The position numbers were made by a program, and so were the translations under genes. From positions 64,912-128,911 of the forward strand of contig CAZQHK010000005.1 in NCBI GenBank assembly GCA_964593455.1: a stretch of DNA of 64,000 nt, in the 5' to 3' direction. The stretch comes from an uncultured bacterium (GTDB lineage: Bacteria > Muiribacteriota > CAYSPT01). The first letter of the stretch is position 1, and each line of letters begins with the position of its first letter. Shown here in pieces: positions 17,004 to 25,660 of the stretch. Under the pieces are notes generated by a model that worked only from the letters and a program-made list of their open reading frames with translations, was not told the DNA's origin and did not search any database.

Positions 17004-19415
17004 GTGAAACAATCACTTAAATTTTTTGCAGTGGTTTTTATCACAGCCATGCTGTTGCCGGTAACCCAGGCCGGCGGCGTGTCCCTGATCGAAGACTGGC
17101 CGACGGGATCGGGATACAACTGGCAGGTCCGGCAGGCGGAGGCCGAAGGGCCGGGACCCAACGACTGGAGCAGCGATAACGTGGCGACGCGGGCCGGTAA
17201 CCTGGTTCTGAAACTGGTTTACCGTGACGACCGTTGGACCAGCGCGGAGGTGACACTTGAGAAAGACGGACAGGAGCATTTCGGGTTCGGGACGTACCAG
17301 TTCACGGTAACCGGACCGGTGGATTTTGCCGAGATGCATCCTAATATCGTGCTCGGTTTCTTCCCGTACGCTACCAATTACAAGCTCGACAAAACCAACG
17401 AGATCGACATAGAGATCACCAAATGGGGACCGAAGAGCCCCATTCCGTTCATCCGCAAAAACAATCTCCACTACACCATCTACCCGGCTATCAGCCAAAC
17501 GGGATACCGCAACAAGACGAAGCCGTTTTTTATCTCTGGAAAGACCCATACACACCGGTTTATCTGGCAGAGTCACCGGATTGTGTACCAATGTTTCGCT
17601 CCAGTGGACGGAGTGGAAACAGAGCTGCATCGATGGACCTACCAGCCCGAAAACCCGCGAAAATACATTCCTCAATATCCGCTGGAGTTTCACATCAACC
17701 TGTGGCTTTTCCGGGGCGATAAACAGGAGTTTGACGATTTTATCGACGAGACGCTGCCCCGGGACCGGGACTTCAAGATCGTCATCAGCGATTTCAAATT
17801 TAATCCGCTGCCCGAGACCAGGGTACCCCGGACCGATGAAAGCTCTGCGGGTCACAATGTTCCGGTGAAAAAAGGGCGGATCGCCTACCATTCTTACAGC
17901 CATCCCCTGGTGTTCACCAATAATCCGAACGAAGGGCACATTTTTGTCGCGGATCTCCAGGATAGCCGGGTAAACAAATTGACGGACGGAATCACCGGAC
18001 CCGTGCTCGGTTACGCCATGAATCCGCACTTTTCTCCCGCCGGTGACCTGGTCACCTTCATGGCTGTTCCGGCAGAACTCAGCCCCTGCTGGGAGAATAT
18101 GTATGTGTATCTTTACGATGTTGTCTACGACCGGCTCTACAAGCTGCACCGGGGGCAGGATCCGAAGTTTTCCCCGGACGGCCGCTCCATCGTCTTCAAG
18201 TACCTGGAGTCGCTGGACCGGACGGGCGAAGCCGCGGAGAAATCGAGTCCGGCTTTCGACCAGTGGCAGGTTTGGACCATCGACCTGAACGGCGGCAACC
18301 AGGTCCGCATTACCTCGTCACCGGGTGAGAAATCAGGACCGAACTTTTCACCCGATGGATCGCAGATCGTGTACTGGATTTCGTTTGCTTCGGACCAGAA
18401 GACGGAACATGATATCTACCGTATCCGCTCCGACGGGACCGGTGAGAGGAAAGTGCTTGGTGAACCCGGTCTCCAGGAGATGTACCCGATATTCCGCGAT
18501 AACGACCGGATACTCTTCACCCGCTGGGCGACGCCCTCGGACCACTCGGACAAGCTCTACCAGTACCGGCTTTCCACCAATGAATCGAAACCGCTGGAAG
18601 CGGTTAATTTCAAATCACTCACGGGGAAAAAGGCCAACGATTCAGATCCGTTTCCCCTGGGCCCCGGCTTGATCGGATTCTCCTCCGACCGGCCTGGGAA
18701 CCTGGGTGGCTGGGACATCTATATAGCCAACCCCGACGCCGAGAAACCTATGCCGTTGTTCGGATCACTCGGCCGAAAAACGGTCTACGCTCTGCCCGGT
18801 ATGAACGATTACCTGCACAACCTGGGCGGTGTCTATTCTCCGTTCAGCACGGAGGAGGTAAAGCTGCGCATGATCGGCGGCGATAGGCTGGCCACCCTGG
18901 CGGACAAGCTGGTCTGGGGAACTCCGGAAGATAGAGACGATGGCGGGACTGATGGAGAGAGTTCTTACACGGTCTTTATCGAGCCCGGCGACGAGGCCGA
19001 AATCGAGCCGTTCGTATCCACCGGCAGCAGCGGACCGGTGACCAGGTTCAAGATGAAAGCTACCTGGTGGAGCCACTTCACAGCCTGGTTGAAAAACGCT
19101 TTTGCCGGCCATGAAAACACGCCGGAGCAAGACGCAAAGCCGGTCCCGGTCCGGTTTGTTTTTCCGCTGGAAATCGATGGCTCGCGGGCGGCACTCTCCG
19201 GCGACACGGTGTTGATCAAAAACCGATCTGGCCGAACGGTACTGGTAGCACTGGATCCACCTGACGCCGGCGGTACCGCTTCTCTCGAGGACGGCGATGA
19301 AAACGCCTTCAGTGTTGAAGAAATAAACGAAAAGCTTGTTTTACGATTTATAGTTGGGGAAGAAACCATCAGTGAGGAAATTTCCGTCGGCAGGACAGAG
19401 TCCCGCGAACAATAG
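17004..19415 (+). CDS. secreted glycoside hydrolase family 16-like domain fused to a TolB-type (PD40) beta-propeller
   Basis: GTG start with signal peptide. GH16 catalytic signature E-I-D-I-E (TNEIDIEITKWG). PD40 repeats HFSPAGDLVTF, KFSPDGRSIVF, NFSPDGSQIVYW and GFSSDRPGNLGGWDIYI. Confidence 0.75.
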   Translation: MKQSLKFFAVVFITAMLLPVTQAGGVSLIEDWPTGSGYNWQVRQAEAEGPGPNDWSSDNVATRAGNLVLKLVYRDDRWTSAEVTLEKDGQEHFGFGTYQFTVTGPVDFAEMHPNIVLGFFPYATNYKLDKTNEIDIEITKWGPKSPIPFIRKNNLHYTIYPAISQTGYRNKTKPFFISGKTHTHRFIWQSHRIVYQCFAPVDGVETELHRWTYQPENPRKYIPQYPLEFHINLWLFRGDKQEFDDFIDETLPRDRDFKIVISDFKFNPLPETRVPRTDESSAGHNVPVKKGRIAYHSYSHPLVFTNNPNEGHIFVADLQDSRVNKLTDGITGPVLGYAMNPHFSPAGDLVTFMAVPAELSPCWENMYVYLYDVVYDRLYKLHRGQDPKFSPDGRSIVFKYLESLDRTGEAAEKSSPAFDQWQVWTIDLNGGNQVRITSSPGEKSGPNFSPDGSQIVYWISFASDQKTEHDIYRIRSDGTGERKVLGEPGLQEMYPIFRDNDRILFTRWATPSDHSDKLYQYRLSTNESKPLEAVNFKSLTGKKANDSDPFPLGPGLIGFSSDRPGNLGGWDIYIANPDAEKPMPLFGSLGRKTVYALPGMNDYLHNLGGVYSPFSTEEVKLRMIGGDRLATLADKLVWGTPEDRDDGGTDGESSYTVFIEPGDEAEIEPFVSTGSSGPVTRFKMKATWWSHFTAWLKNAFAGHENTPEQDAKPVPVRFVFPLEIDGSRAALSGDTVLIKNRSGRTVLVALDPPDAGGTASLEDGDENAFSVEEINEKLVLRFIVGEETISEEISVGRTESREQ

Positions 19416-19422
19416 GATTATC

Positions 19423-21249
19423 ATGGTGCCGGCCATCGTGCGGAAACTGTTTCTCACCGCTGCGGCGGTCCTGTTAATTTCTATCTCTCTGCCGGCCGCT
19501 CGGCCGGCATCCCTGCTTGACGGCCTGAAATCCTGGTTTACCGGCGGAGACGTCACCCTGACCGTGTACGATTTCAGAGATGGTACGCCGCTCATGGTCG
19601 TTAGTCCGGAGCATACGTGGAAAAGCGCCCGCACCGTCGGCGGCGGTAAGATTTATTACCAACCCGGATGGATGGACCGCGACGGCGGTCACATCGTGCA
19701 TTGGCTGGACGAGGATGGATATCCTCATCACCGTTACGCCGGGGAGTACGAACGGGACTCGGCCTGGCCTCCCACCGTCTCGGTGTACACCCTGACCAGC
19801 AGAAGCGATTCGGACAATAACTCGTACTACGGACGAAGTTCGGCAGAGTTCGGAGAGCTTGAGTCCCGGTTGGGAAAAACTATTTCGGACGAGTTCACGG
19901 GGCTAATTCTGAAAGAAGAAACACTGCCGCCACTGCCAGAGCCGCCGTCAAAAAATTCCTGGCCCCGGCCGCAAATCATTTCTCCACGCATGGAGGGGGC
20001 TTGCCTGGAGGACGAAGAAACGTTATTTGTCGCCGGTAACGATAACACACCATGCGCTGAAGCACCGGATTATGAGTTCGTCCCCGATCGGTTTTCGTGG
20101 CAGTTTCTCAATCCCTGGGACAAGCGCCCCGATCCAGGTGCTTTGACCGGCGCCGCGGGAGAACGTTTCGAAGGCCCCGAGGCAGCCTATACATTTACCG
20201 TTCCCTCGTCTTCCGTTGACACCTTCCGGGACGACCGGTTCCAAAATGCTATCATTATCAGCCTTGATTTCCTGTACCGGTGGCGTCTTGAGAGTATATC
20301 TGATACATATCGGCAGGCTTCTCCGGCCACGGCCGAAACCTACGGTGTTTACGTGGAAGACGTGACGGCACCGGAGGAGGTGACGGTGAAAGTGCCCGCT
20401 TGGCAGGTAGCCGGGCGTCCGTTCCGGGGGCTGATAACGTGCTCGGTAACGGACAATAATCCGAACCTGGAAACCATCGAGGACCGGCTCCGGGTGCGCC
20501 TGGAGACGATACCTCCGGCTGCGGATAGTATCCATGGAAGCCTGCTCTTCTCGAACTATTCCGCCAGAGGCTTCGGGGAAGGGCAAACTCCGAGCAGACA
20601 TTACTCGGTAGTGACCTGCGACACCGAAACCGATACACCACCGGTCTGGCGGACCGATTTCAAGGGATACATACTGGCAGCGGCCGTGACAGAGGAAGGT
20701 TTTGGCGGTGCCGCCCGCGGCCAGGCGGAGGAACCGATTACAGTGTATGACATGACCCGGCCGGTGGTGCTGGTAACCATGTCCGATGTTTCCGGGGAGC
20801 GCGTCCACCAGGTCGGACCAGTGAGTGCCGGAAGCGACACCGACACCGACACCGTGTTCGCGGTTATGCCAGGCACCTGGTTCGAGGACCGACGCTACCG
20901 CTTGACCGTGGAGACACATGACAATATCGAGCGTTTCAACAGCGCCGCGGATCCAGCTTCCGTACGGGATGTCCCGAACCGGCACGTCCGGTATGCGGGC
21001 TACTATATCGGCGATAAACCGCGGCCAACTCCGGCGGATTGTGTTGATATCACTGCTCAGATCATCGAGCATGGAAGGGCAGAGTCGCTGGAGATCATTT
21101 TTCGGAATCCCGGCACTGTCCACCTCTGGCTTATCGTCCGTGATAACGCCGCCGGCCTGGACCCACGCAGCCGCAGGGACAATGTCCGTATTCTAAAAAT
21201 CCGCCTGACGATCGCCGACACGGTCATGCGCACCGACACACTGGATTGA
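19423..21249 (+). CDS. secreted hypothetical protein (608 aa)
   Basis: I prefer the ATG at 19423 (AGGA RBS, 7 nt after the upstream stop), which gives signal peptide MVPAIVRKLFLTAAAVLLISISLPAARPA. No recognisable domain. Confidence 0.7.
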   Translation: MVPAIVRKLFLTAAAVLLISISLPAARPASLLDGLKSWFTGGDVTLTVYDFRDGTPLMVVSPEHTWKSARTVGGGKIYYQPGWMDRDGGHIVHWLDEDGYPHHRYAGEYERDSAWPPTVSVYTLTSRSDSDNNSYYGRSSAEFGELESRLGKTISDEFTGLILKEETLPPLPEPPSKNSWPRPQIISPRMEGACLEDEETLFVAGNDNTPCAEAPDYEFVPDRFSWQFLNPWDKRPDPGALTGAAGERFEGPEAAYTFTVPSSSVDTFRDDRFQNAIIISLDFLYRWRLESISDTYRQASPATAETYGVYVEDVTAPEEVTVKVPAWQVAGRPFRGLITCSVTDNNPNLETIEDRLRVRLETIPPAADSIHGSLLFSNYSARGFGEGQTPSRHYSVVTCDTETDTPPVWRTDFKGYILAAAVTEEGFGGAARGQAEEPITVYDMTRPVVLVTMSDVSGERVHQVGPVSAGSDTDTDTVFAVMPGTWFEDRRYRLTVETHDNIERFNSAADPASVRDVPNRHVRYAGYYIGDKPRPTPADCVDITAQIIEHGRAESLEIIFRNPGTVHLWLIVRDNAAGLDPRSRRDNVRILKIRLTIADTVMRTDTLD

Positions 21250-21410
21250 CCGTGCCACATTACTTTCGACACCGCATGCTTGAGTTTATAAAGTTCTCTC
21301 GACCGAATATCAACTTTTCCTGTAACATTTTAAGACACAGTTGCATCTAACGGTAACGAAGCACCGGAAAACCGACGAAAAAAACGGACACACAAGGAAA
21401 GGATCCGGCC

Positions 21411-21959
21411 GTGGAGCTGACATTTGACGAAGAACGCAACCTGGTAGCGGGCCTCAAACGGGGAACGGACAAAGCGTTTCAAGACCTTTACCGGTATTTT
21501 TCCTCCGGACTCATGGGGCTCTTCTACCGGATGACCGGCGACCACGATTTGTCCCGCGATCTTTTCCAGGAAACGATGATCAAGATTTTCGAGGGAGTGA
21601 AATACTTCCGTGAAGAGTCACGTCTGTACACCTGGATTTACACGATCGCCCGGAACGTCGCCCTCGGCCACGCCAGGAAGAAACGGTCCGAGCCCGCCCT
21701 GACGGTGGAATCGGAACGGCGGGTGGCTTCTACCAGTCTGACTCCTGAAGAAATAACTGTACAGAAAACGAGCCTGGAACACCTGGCCCGGTGCATTAAT
21801 GACCTGGATACTGACGACCGTATGATAATAAGCCTCAAGCTCCAAACCGGGCTGAAGTACCGCGGCATCGCCGAGATTATGGGGATGACTGCAGGCAATG
21901 TCCGGGTGCGGATGTACCGGATCCGTGAGCACTTGAGAACTAGAATGGATTGGCGGTGA
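21411..21959 (+). CDS. ECF (sigma-70 family, group 4) RNA polymerase sigma factor
   Basis: Region 2: DLFQETMIKIFEG...YTWIYTIARNVALGHARKK. Region 4 HTH: LKYRGIAEIMGMTAGNVRVRMYRIREHL. GTG start. Confidence 0.85.
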   Translation: MELTFDEERNLVAGLKRGTDKAFQDLYRYFSSGLMGLFYRMTGDHDLSRDLFQETMIKIFEGVKYFREESRLYTWIYTIARNVALGHARKKRSEPALTVESERRVASTSLTPEEITVQKTSLEHLARCINDLDTDDRMIISLKLQTGLKYRGIAEIMGMTAGNVRVRMYRIREHLRTRMDWR

Positions 21960-22618
21960 TAACCGTGACGTGTGAATCATACCGAATTTTAGCCAGCGCC
22001 TGCCGTGACGGCGAACTAGAAACCGGCGAAATAATCGAGCTGGGAGATCATCTGAAAAATTGTGGGGAGTGCCGTACTCTTTTCGATAATTATACCGGAA
22101 TCGATGACCAACTGGCGGAACTGTCCGTCCCCACAGAAGACCTGAAAAAAGAAACAGAGCTGGCCAGGACCGATCTTCTCAAACACTACCGGGCGGCTCG
22201 TCCCCGGACGTCCTTTATACAGCGTCTCGTGAGCCGGTTTACCGTACCACCTCCCTTCGCTTATGCCACCGCGGCAGCGATCATTATTATTCTGCTGGCC
22301 AATGTCATGGTGTGGAGGAATATGGAGAAGAAGCTGGACCGTAAGCTGGCGGTAGCGGCTCTGGATAGTAAAATAGAGCTACTCACCAGCCTGGTCGGAC
22401 GGGCGGCGGGCGGCGGCGGGTTTGAAAACATTTCCTCACGGACCTCGGCGGCTGGGTGGACCCCGTTCAGCCGGACGGAATCTGGGGGCAGTACTCCGGT
22501 CAAGACTTTCGACGACATATTCGACGCGTTGAACGAGTCGGCCTGGAAGAAGGTTTTCACTGATCTTGACACCATGCGGAAACGCGACGCAGGCCTGGTA
22601 GGAGGTGACTTGATCTGA
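21950..22618 (+). CDS. zinc-finger (ZAS-type) anti-sigma factor, single TM
   Basis: Overlaps the sigma gene stop (GTGA at 21956-21959), so the exact start is uncertain (TTG 21950 or GTG 21956). H-x3-C-x2-C motif HLKNCGEC. TM segment FAYATAAAIIIILLANVMVW. Confidence 0.75.
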   Translation: MAVITVTCESYRILASACRDGELETGEIIELGDHLKNCGECRTLFDNYTGIDDQLAELSVPTEDLKKETELARTDLLKHYRAARPRTSFIQRLVSRFTVPPPFAYATAAAIIIILLANVMVWRNMEKKLDRKLAVAALDSKIELLTSLVGRAAGGGGFENISSRTSAAGWTPFSRTESGGSTPVKTFDDIFDALNESAWKKVFTDLDTMRKRDAGLVGGDLI

Positions 22619-22700
22619 CATCCATGTCGTCGGTTTTTCACCAAACGGTATCATCCGGGCCTTGTCCCGGAGCACACAAAACGATAGGAGGTTGAAGAAA

Positions 22701-23285
22701 ATGAACAAAAGGAACCTGGTTTGTGTTCTGCTGGCCGCGGCTGTGCTGTTCGTCTGCCTGTCCGCAGGAAGTAATCCGGCTACAGCCGAGGAAAAAGAAG
22801 CCTGGAAGAACCTGGCCCAGAAGCTCGGTGACGATTTTGTAGAGTTCGGTGCCCTGGCCCAGATGATGAAAGCGTATTTTGAACTCGGGGAAGTAGCCAC
22901 AGGCAAAGGTGATTTCCAAAAAGCGATCGGCTACTTCGAGGAAGTGCTAGCACGGGAAGAGAAGCTTCTTTCCTACAATGTACCCGATCCCATGCGCAAA
23001 GAGATCAAGATGATCCTGACCGAGGTCTACGGAAGAGTAGCAGGCGCCTACGTCCAGTCGGGCGATCTGGAGAAAGCCGAGAAGTTCCTGTCATCGATCT
23101 TGAAACGGGATGACCTGGAACCCCAACAGAAGGCCAAGCTCAACATGCATCTGGCCAATTTCTACCGGCACACCAAGCAGTTCGACAAAGCAGAAGGCGC
23201 CCTGCTGAAGGTCATTGAAATCAATAAACGCATCCTGGAAAACACTCCTGACTGGGACTCATCACCCATCAAGAAAAAATATTGA
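22701..23285 (+). CDS. exported TPR-repeat protein
   Basis: ATG at 22701 with GGAGG RBS. Signal peptide MNKRNLVCVLLAAAVLFVCLSAG. TPR-like helices: GDFQKAIGYFEEVL, AYVQSGDLEKAEKFL and ANFYRHTKQFDKAEGALLKVIEI. Confidence 0.7.
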   Translation: MNKRNLVCVLLAAAVLFVCLSAGSNPATAEEKEAWKNLAQKLGDDFVEFGALAQMMKAYFELGEVATGKGDFQKAIGYFEEVLAREEKLLSYNVPDPMRKEIKMILTEVYGRVAGAYVQSGDLEKAEKFLSSILKRDDLEPQQKAKLNMHLANFYRHTKQFDKAEGALLKVIEINKRILENTPDWDSSPIKKKY

Positions 23286-23419
23286 TTGCCGTAAACCAAT
23301 AAACCGGCGGCAGGAACTACATAGTCCGGCTCAGGGCGTCCACCGCCTGAAAGCCCGCTATGTTTCCTGCTATTTCCAAACATCTCGCGTTCCACGGCAC
23401 CTGTTTTGCACACTCCGAT

Positions 23420-23440
23420 ACTTTCCACTCATATATTCCG
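23420..23440 (+). repeat. family-A repeat, partial copy
   Basis: actttccactcatatattccg resembles actttctacactgatattcca at 33724 and 5307. Confidence 0.4.
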
Positions 23441-23557
23441 TTAAAATCTCGTTGACTCCTGGAACACCAAGAGATTATCATGGAATGTCTCGAAAATGCG
23501 ACAACATACCGGAGCATTGCTCCACGCGATATCCGGAAAATCAAGGAGGGACAGATT

Positions 23558-24463
23558 ATGAAAGGAACAGTTCTCGTATATAGCGCGCACGCTCCGTGCC
23601 GGTATATCCACGAGCAGCGAATTGTCAAACGGGCCCTGGAAGGCAAACATAATAAACGAATTCTCTTTCTGCCCATGTCGGAAGGTGTTCACGCCAACGG
23701 CGACGAGTTTCCCAGCCAACGTTTCGGCTACCACAAGTTCAAATGGTTCTTCGACCGCTACAAGCAGTACGGACTCGAGGTAGTGCCTTTTTATTACGCG
23801 AGTTCCCTGAAAGCCAACGATGTAAAAACATTGATGAACTACATCCGCAGCTCCGAAGTCGTTTTCTTCGGCGGGGGAAACCCACCGTTGGGAATGCGCC
23901 GGTTCCTGGAGCTCGGAAAGAAATTTTACAACGATCCGGGCTATATACAAAAACTGCTCTACAAGCGGCAGCAGCAAGGCAAATTGACCGTTGGTTTCAG
24001 CGCCGGCGCCGAGCAGCTCTGTGAACACGGTTTCGGCCTGGCCCGCAATATCCTGATTACCCTGCACCACGAGTATGCCCGCTCGAGCGCGGTCAAAAAC
24101 CTGGCCCGGCAGAACTCCAGGTGTCTTTGCTTCGGCCTACCCAACGATTCCGGGATCGAGATAGACCAGGGCCGGCTGCCCAACGGATCGCTGTACCAGG
24201 TCATCGACTTCATCCTGGACCGCACCTGGGACCGTCCCGAAGACCAGTGGCATATCAAGACCCGGGCCGGTACGAAGATCGACCATTTCTACCCCGATGG
24301 CCGACACTGGGCTTTCAACGTCCGGGACAAGCTGGTCAGGATCGTCTACCCCAACGGGTTCTACAAAGCCTGGACGATAAGCGGCGGCAAAATCATGTAC
24401 TACCGCTCCACCAACAGGGCCCCCTATTCCAGTATCAGGGAGATCCTCGAGAAGAACAGCTGA
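23558..24463 (+). CDS. peptidase S51 (dipeptidase E / cyanophycinase-like) family protein
   Basis: ATG at 23558 with AGGAGGG RBS. VVFFGGGNP and LTVGFSAGAEQL correspond to the PepE motifs VGGGNT and GWSAGA. Confidence 0.6.
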   Translation: MKGTVLVYSAHAPCRYIHEQRIVKRALEGKHNKRILFLPMSEGVHANGDEFPSQRFGYHKFKWFFDRYKQYGLEVVPFYYASSLKANDVKTLMNYIRSSEVVFFGGGNPPLGMRRFLELGKKFYNDPGYIQKLLYKRQQQGKLTVGFSAGAEQLCEHGFGLARNILITLHHEYARSSAVKNLARQNSRCLCFGLPNDSGIEIDQGRLPNGSLYQVIDFILDRTWDRPEDQWHIKTRAGTKIDHFYPDGRHWAFNVRDKLVRIVYPNGFYKAWTISGGKIMYYRSTNRAPYSSIREILEKNS

Positions 24464-24488
24464 TAGTACGATTTCAACGCGAATAACA

Positions 24489-24525
24489 AACGGCAGGCCG
24501 GATGCAACCAGGCCTGCCGTTTTTA
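24489..24525 (+). terminator. rho-independent terminator
   Basis: Stem-loop aacggcaggcc-ggatgcaacca-ggcctgccgtt followed by TTTT. Confidence 0.8.
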
Positions 24526-24707
24526 CTATCCAAAATGAGGAGGAAGAAATTTACATTAAGAAAAACTGGTTATTTGGTGCTTAAATGGAACTATATCTTG
24601 ATTTTCTTCATTCTATAGCAGTACAGTTATATTATTCTCGTACGATTATCGAACCCGCGGATCGAACAGGGCCGAGTTTTTCGTACAAAAGAGAGGGAGA
24701 GTTGCAC

Positions 24708-25513
24708 ATGAAATATAGGAGCCTTGCAGTAATCGTAGTTTTGGTACTTGTTGCCGGTTTTTCACCGATCCCAGCCGTTCCGGAGAAATTCTCAACCAGA
24801 ATCTTTCCGACACGCTAAAGGCAGACCTCGAGCTCAGACACCGGCTGGAGTCGAAAGACAACTTCGATTTCAATGATGCCATTAACGACGAGGATGCCTT
24901 TCACCTGGTGCGAACCCGCCTGATGCTTAACTGGAAGCATCAGGAGACCACCAGGATTTTTTTCCAAGTGCAGGACGCCCAGGCGTCAAATGTGGCCGGC
25001 GGCATCCGCGCTTTCATGACGGTACTCGGAGCCGGCTACACCTGGAACGATTCCCGCTCGACCCGCCTGGCTTTCGAGTGGGCCCACGCTTCCGGTGACG
25101 ATAACAACGCCGACAACAAACGCGAAACCTTTGACAACCTCTACCCCACCAACCACCTCCATTACGGATTCATGGACCGGGTGAGCTTGCAGAATATCGA
25201 CAACTACCGCCTGCAACTCAGCGCCAAACCGCAGTCAAACCTCAAGGTGCAGCTCGATTATCACTTTTTCTACCTGGACACGGTAAACGACTCGCTCTAC
25301 GCGGCCAACCGGGCGGCCATCCGCACCGCCGCCACGACCGGAGTGAGCGATCACGTGGGTAACGAGATCGACTTGTTGTTGAAGTATAAGGCAAACGCTA
25401 ATCTCAGTTATCTGGCCGGTTACTCCCGTTTCTCCGCCGGCGATTTTCTGAAAAATACCGGTTCCGGAGACGACGGCGATTATTTCTACATCCAGACAAC
25501 CCTGAAGCTGTAG
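24708..25513 (+). pseudogene. alginate-export (AlgE-like) family outer-membrane porin, interrupted by a frameshift between signal peptide and barrel
   Basis: RBS gagagggagag plus ATG at 24708 encode MKYRSLAVIVVLVLVAGF, but that frame stops at 24816-24818. The barrel (LKADLELRHRLESKDNFDFND ... YFYIQTTLKL) is in the -1 frame, which is open from 24719. A T5 run lies at 24758-24762. Confidence 0.55.
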
Positions 25514-25660
25514 TATCACGTCGAACCGTAAGAGATAGATTAGACATTGCATGTAAAAACCGTGTAAAATACATCAGGTTCGCACCATGCAAAATGAGCA
25601 AGATATGGCGGCTCTAACTTCCGGGTTGACGATGAAAAGAGGATTGGCTCACCTTCTCCA

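Noticed and set aside
17013-18149. 378-aa antisense ORF inside the GH16-TolB gene. Similar long antisense ORFs lie at 20023-21123, 13935-15044, 2696-3646, 32044-32910 and 8444-9211.
   Set aside because: Each lies opposite an ORF with recognisable motifs. The translations are Arg/Gly/Pro/His-rich, as is typical for the reverse frame of GC-rich coding DNA. None has an RBS or domain signature.
20836-20853. GACACC x3 micro-repeat (DTDTDT) inside the 608-aa secreted protein gene
   Set aside because: It is a short in-frame codon repeat in a coding region and needs no explanation beyond local slippage.
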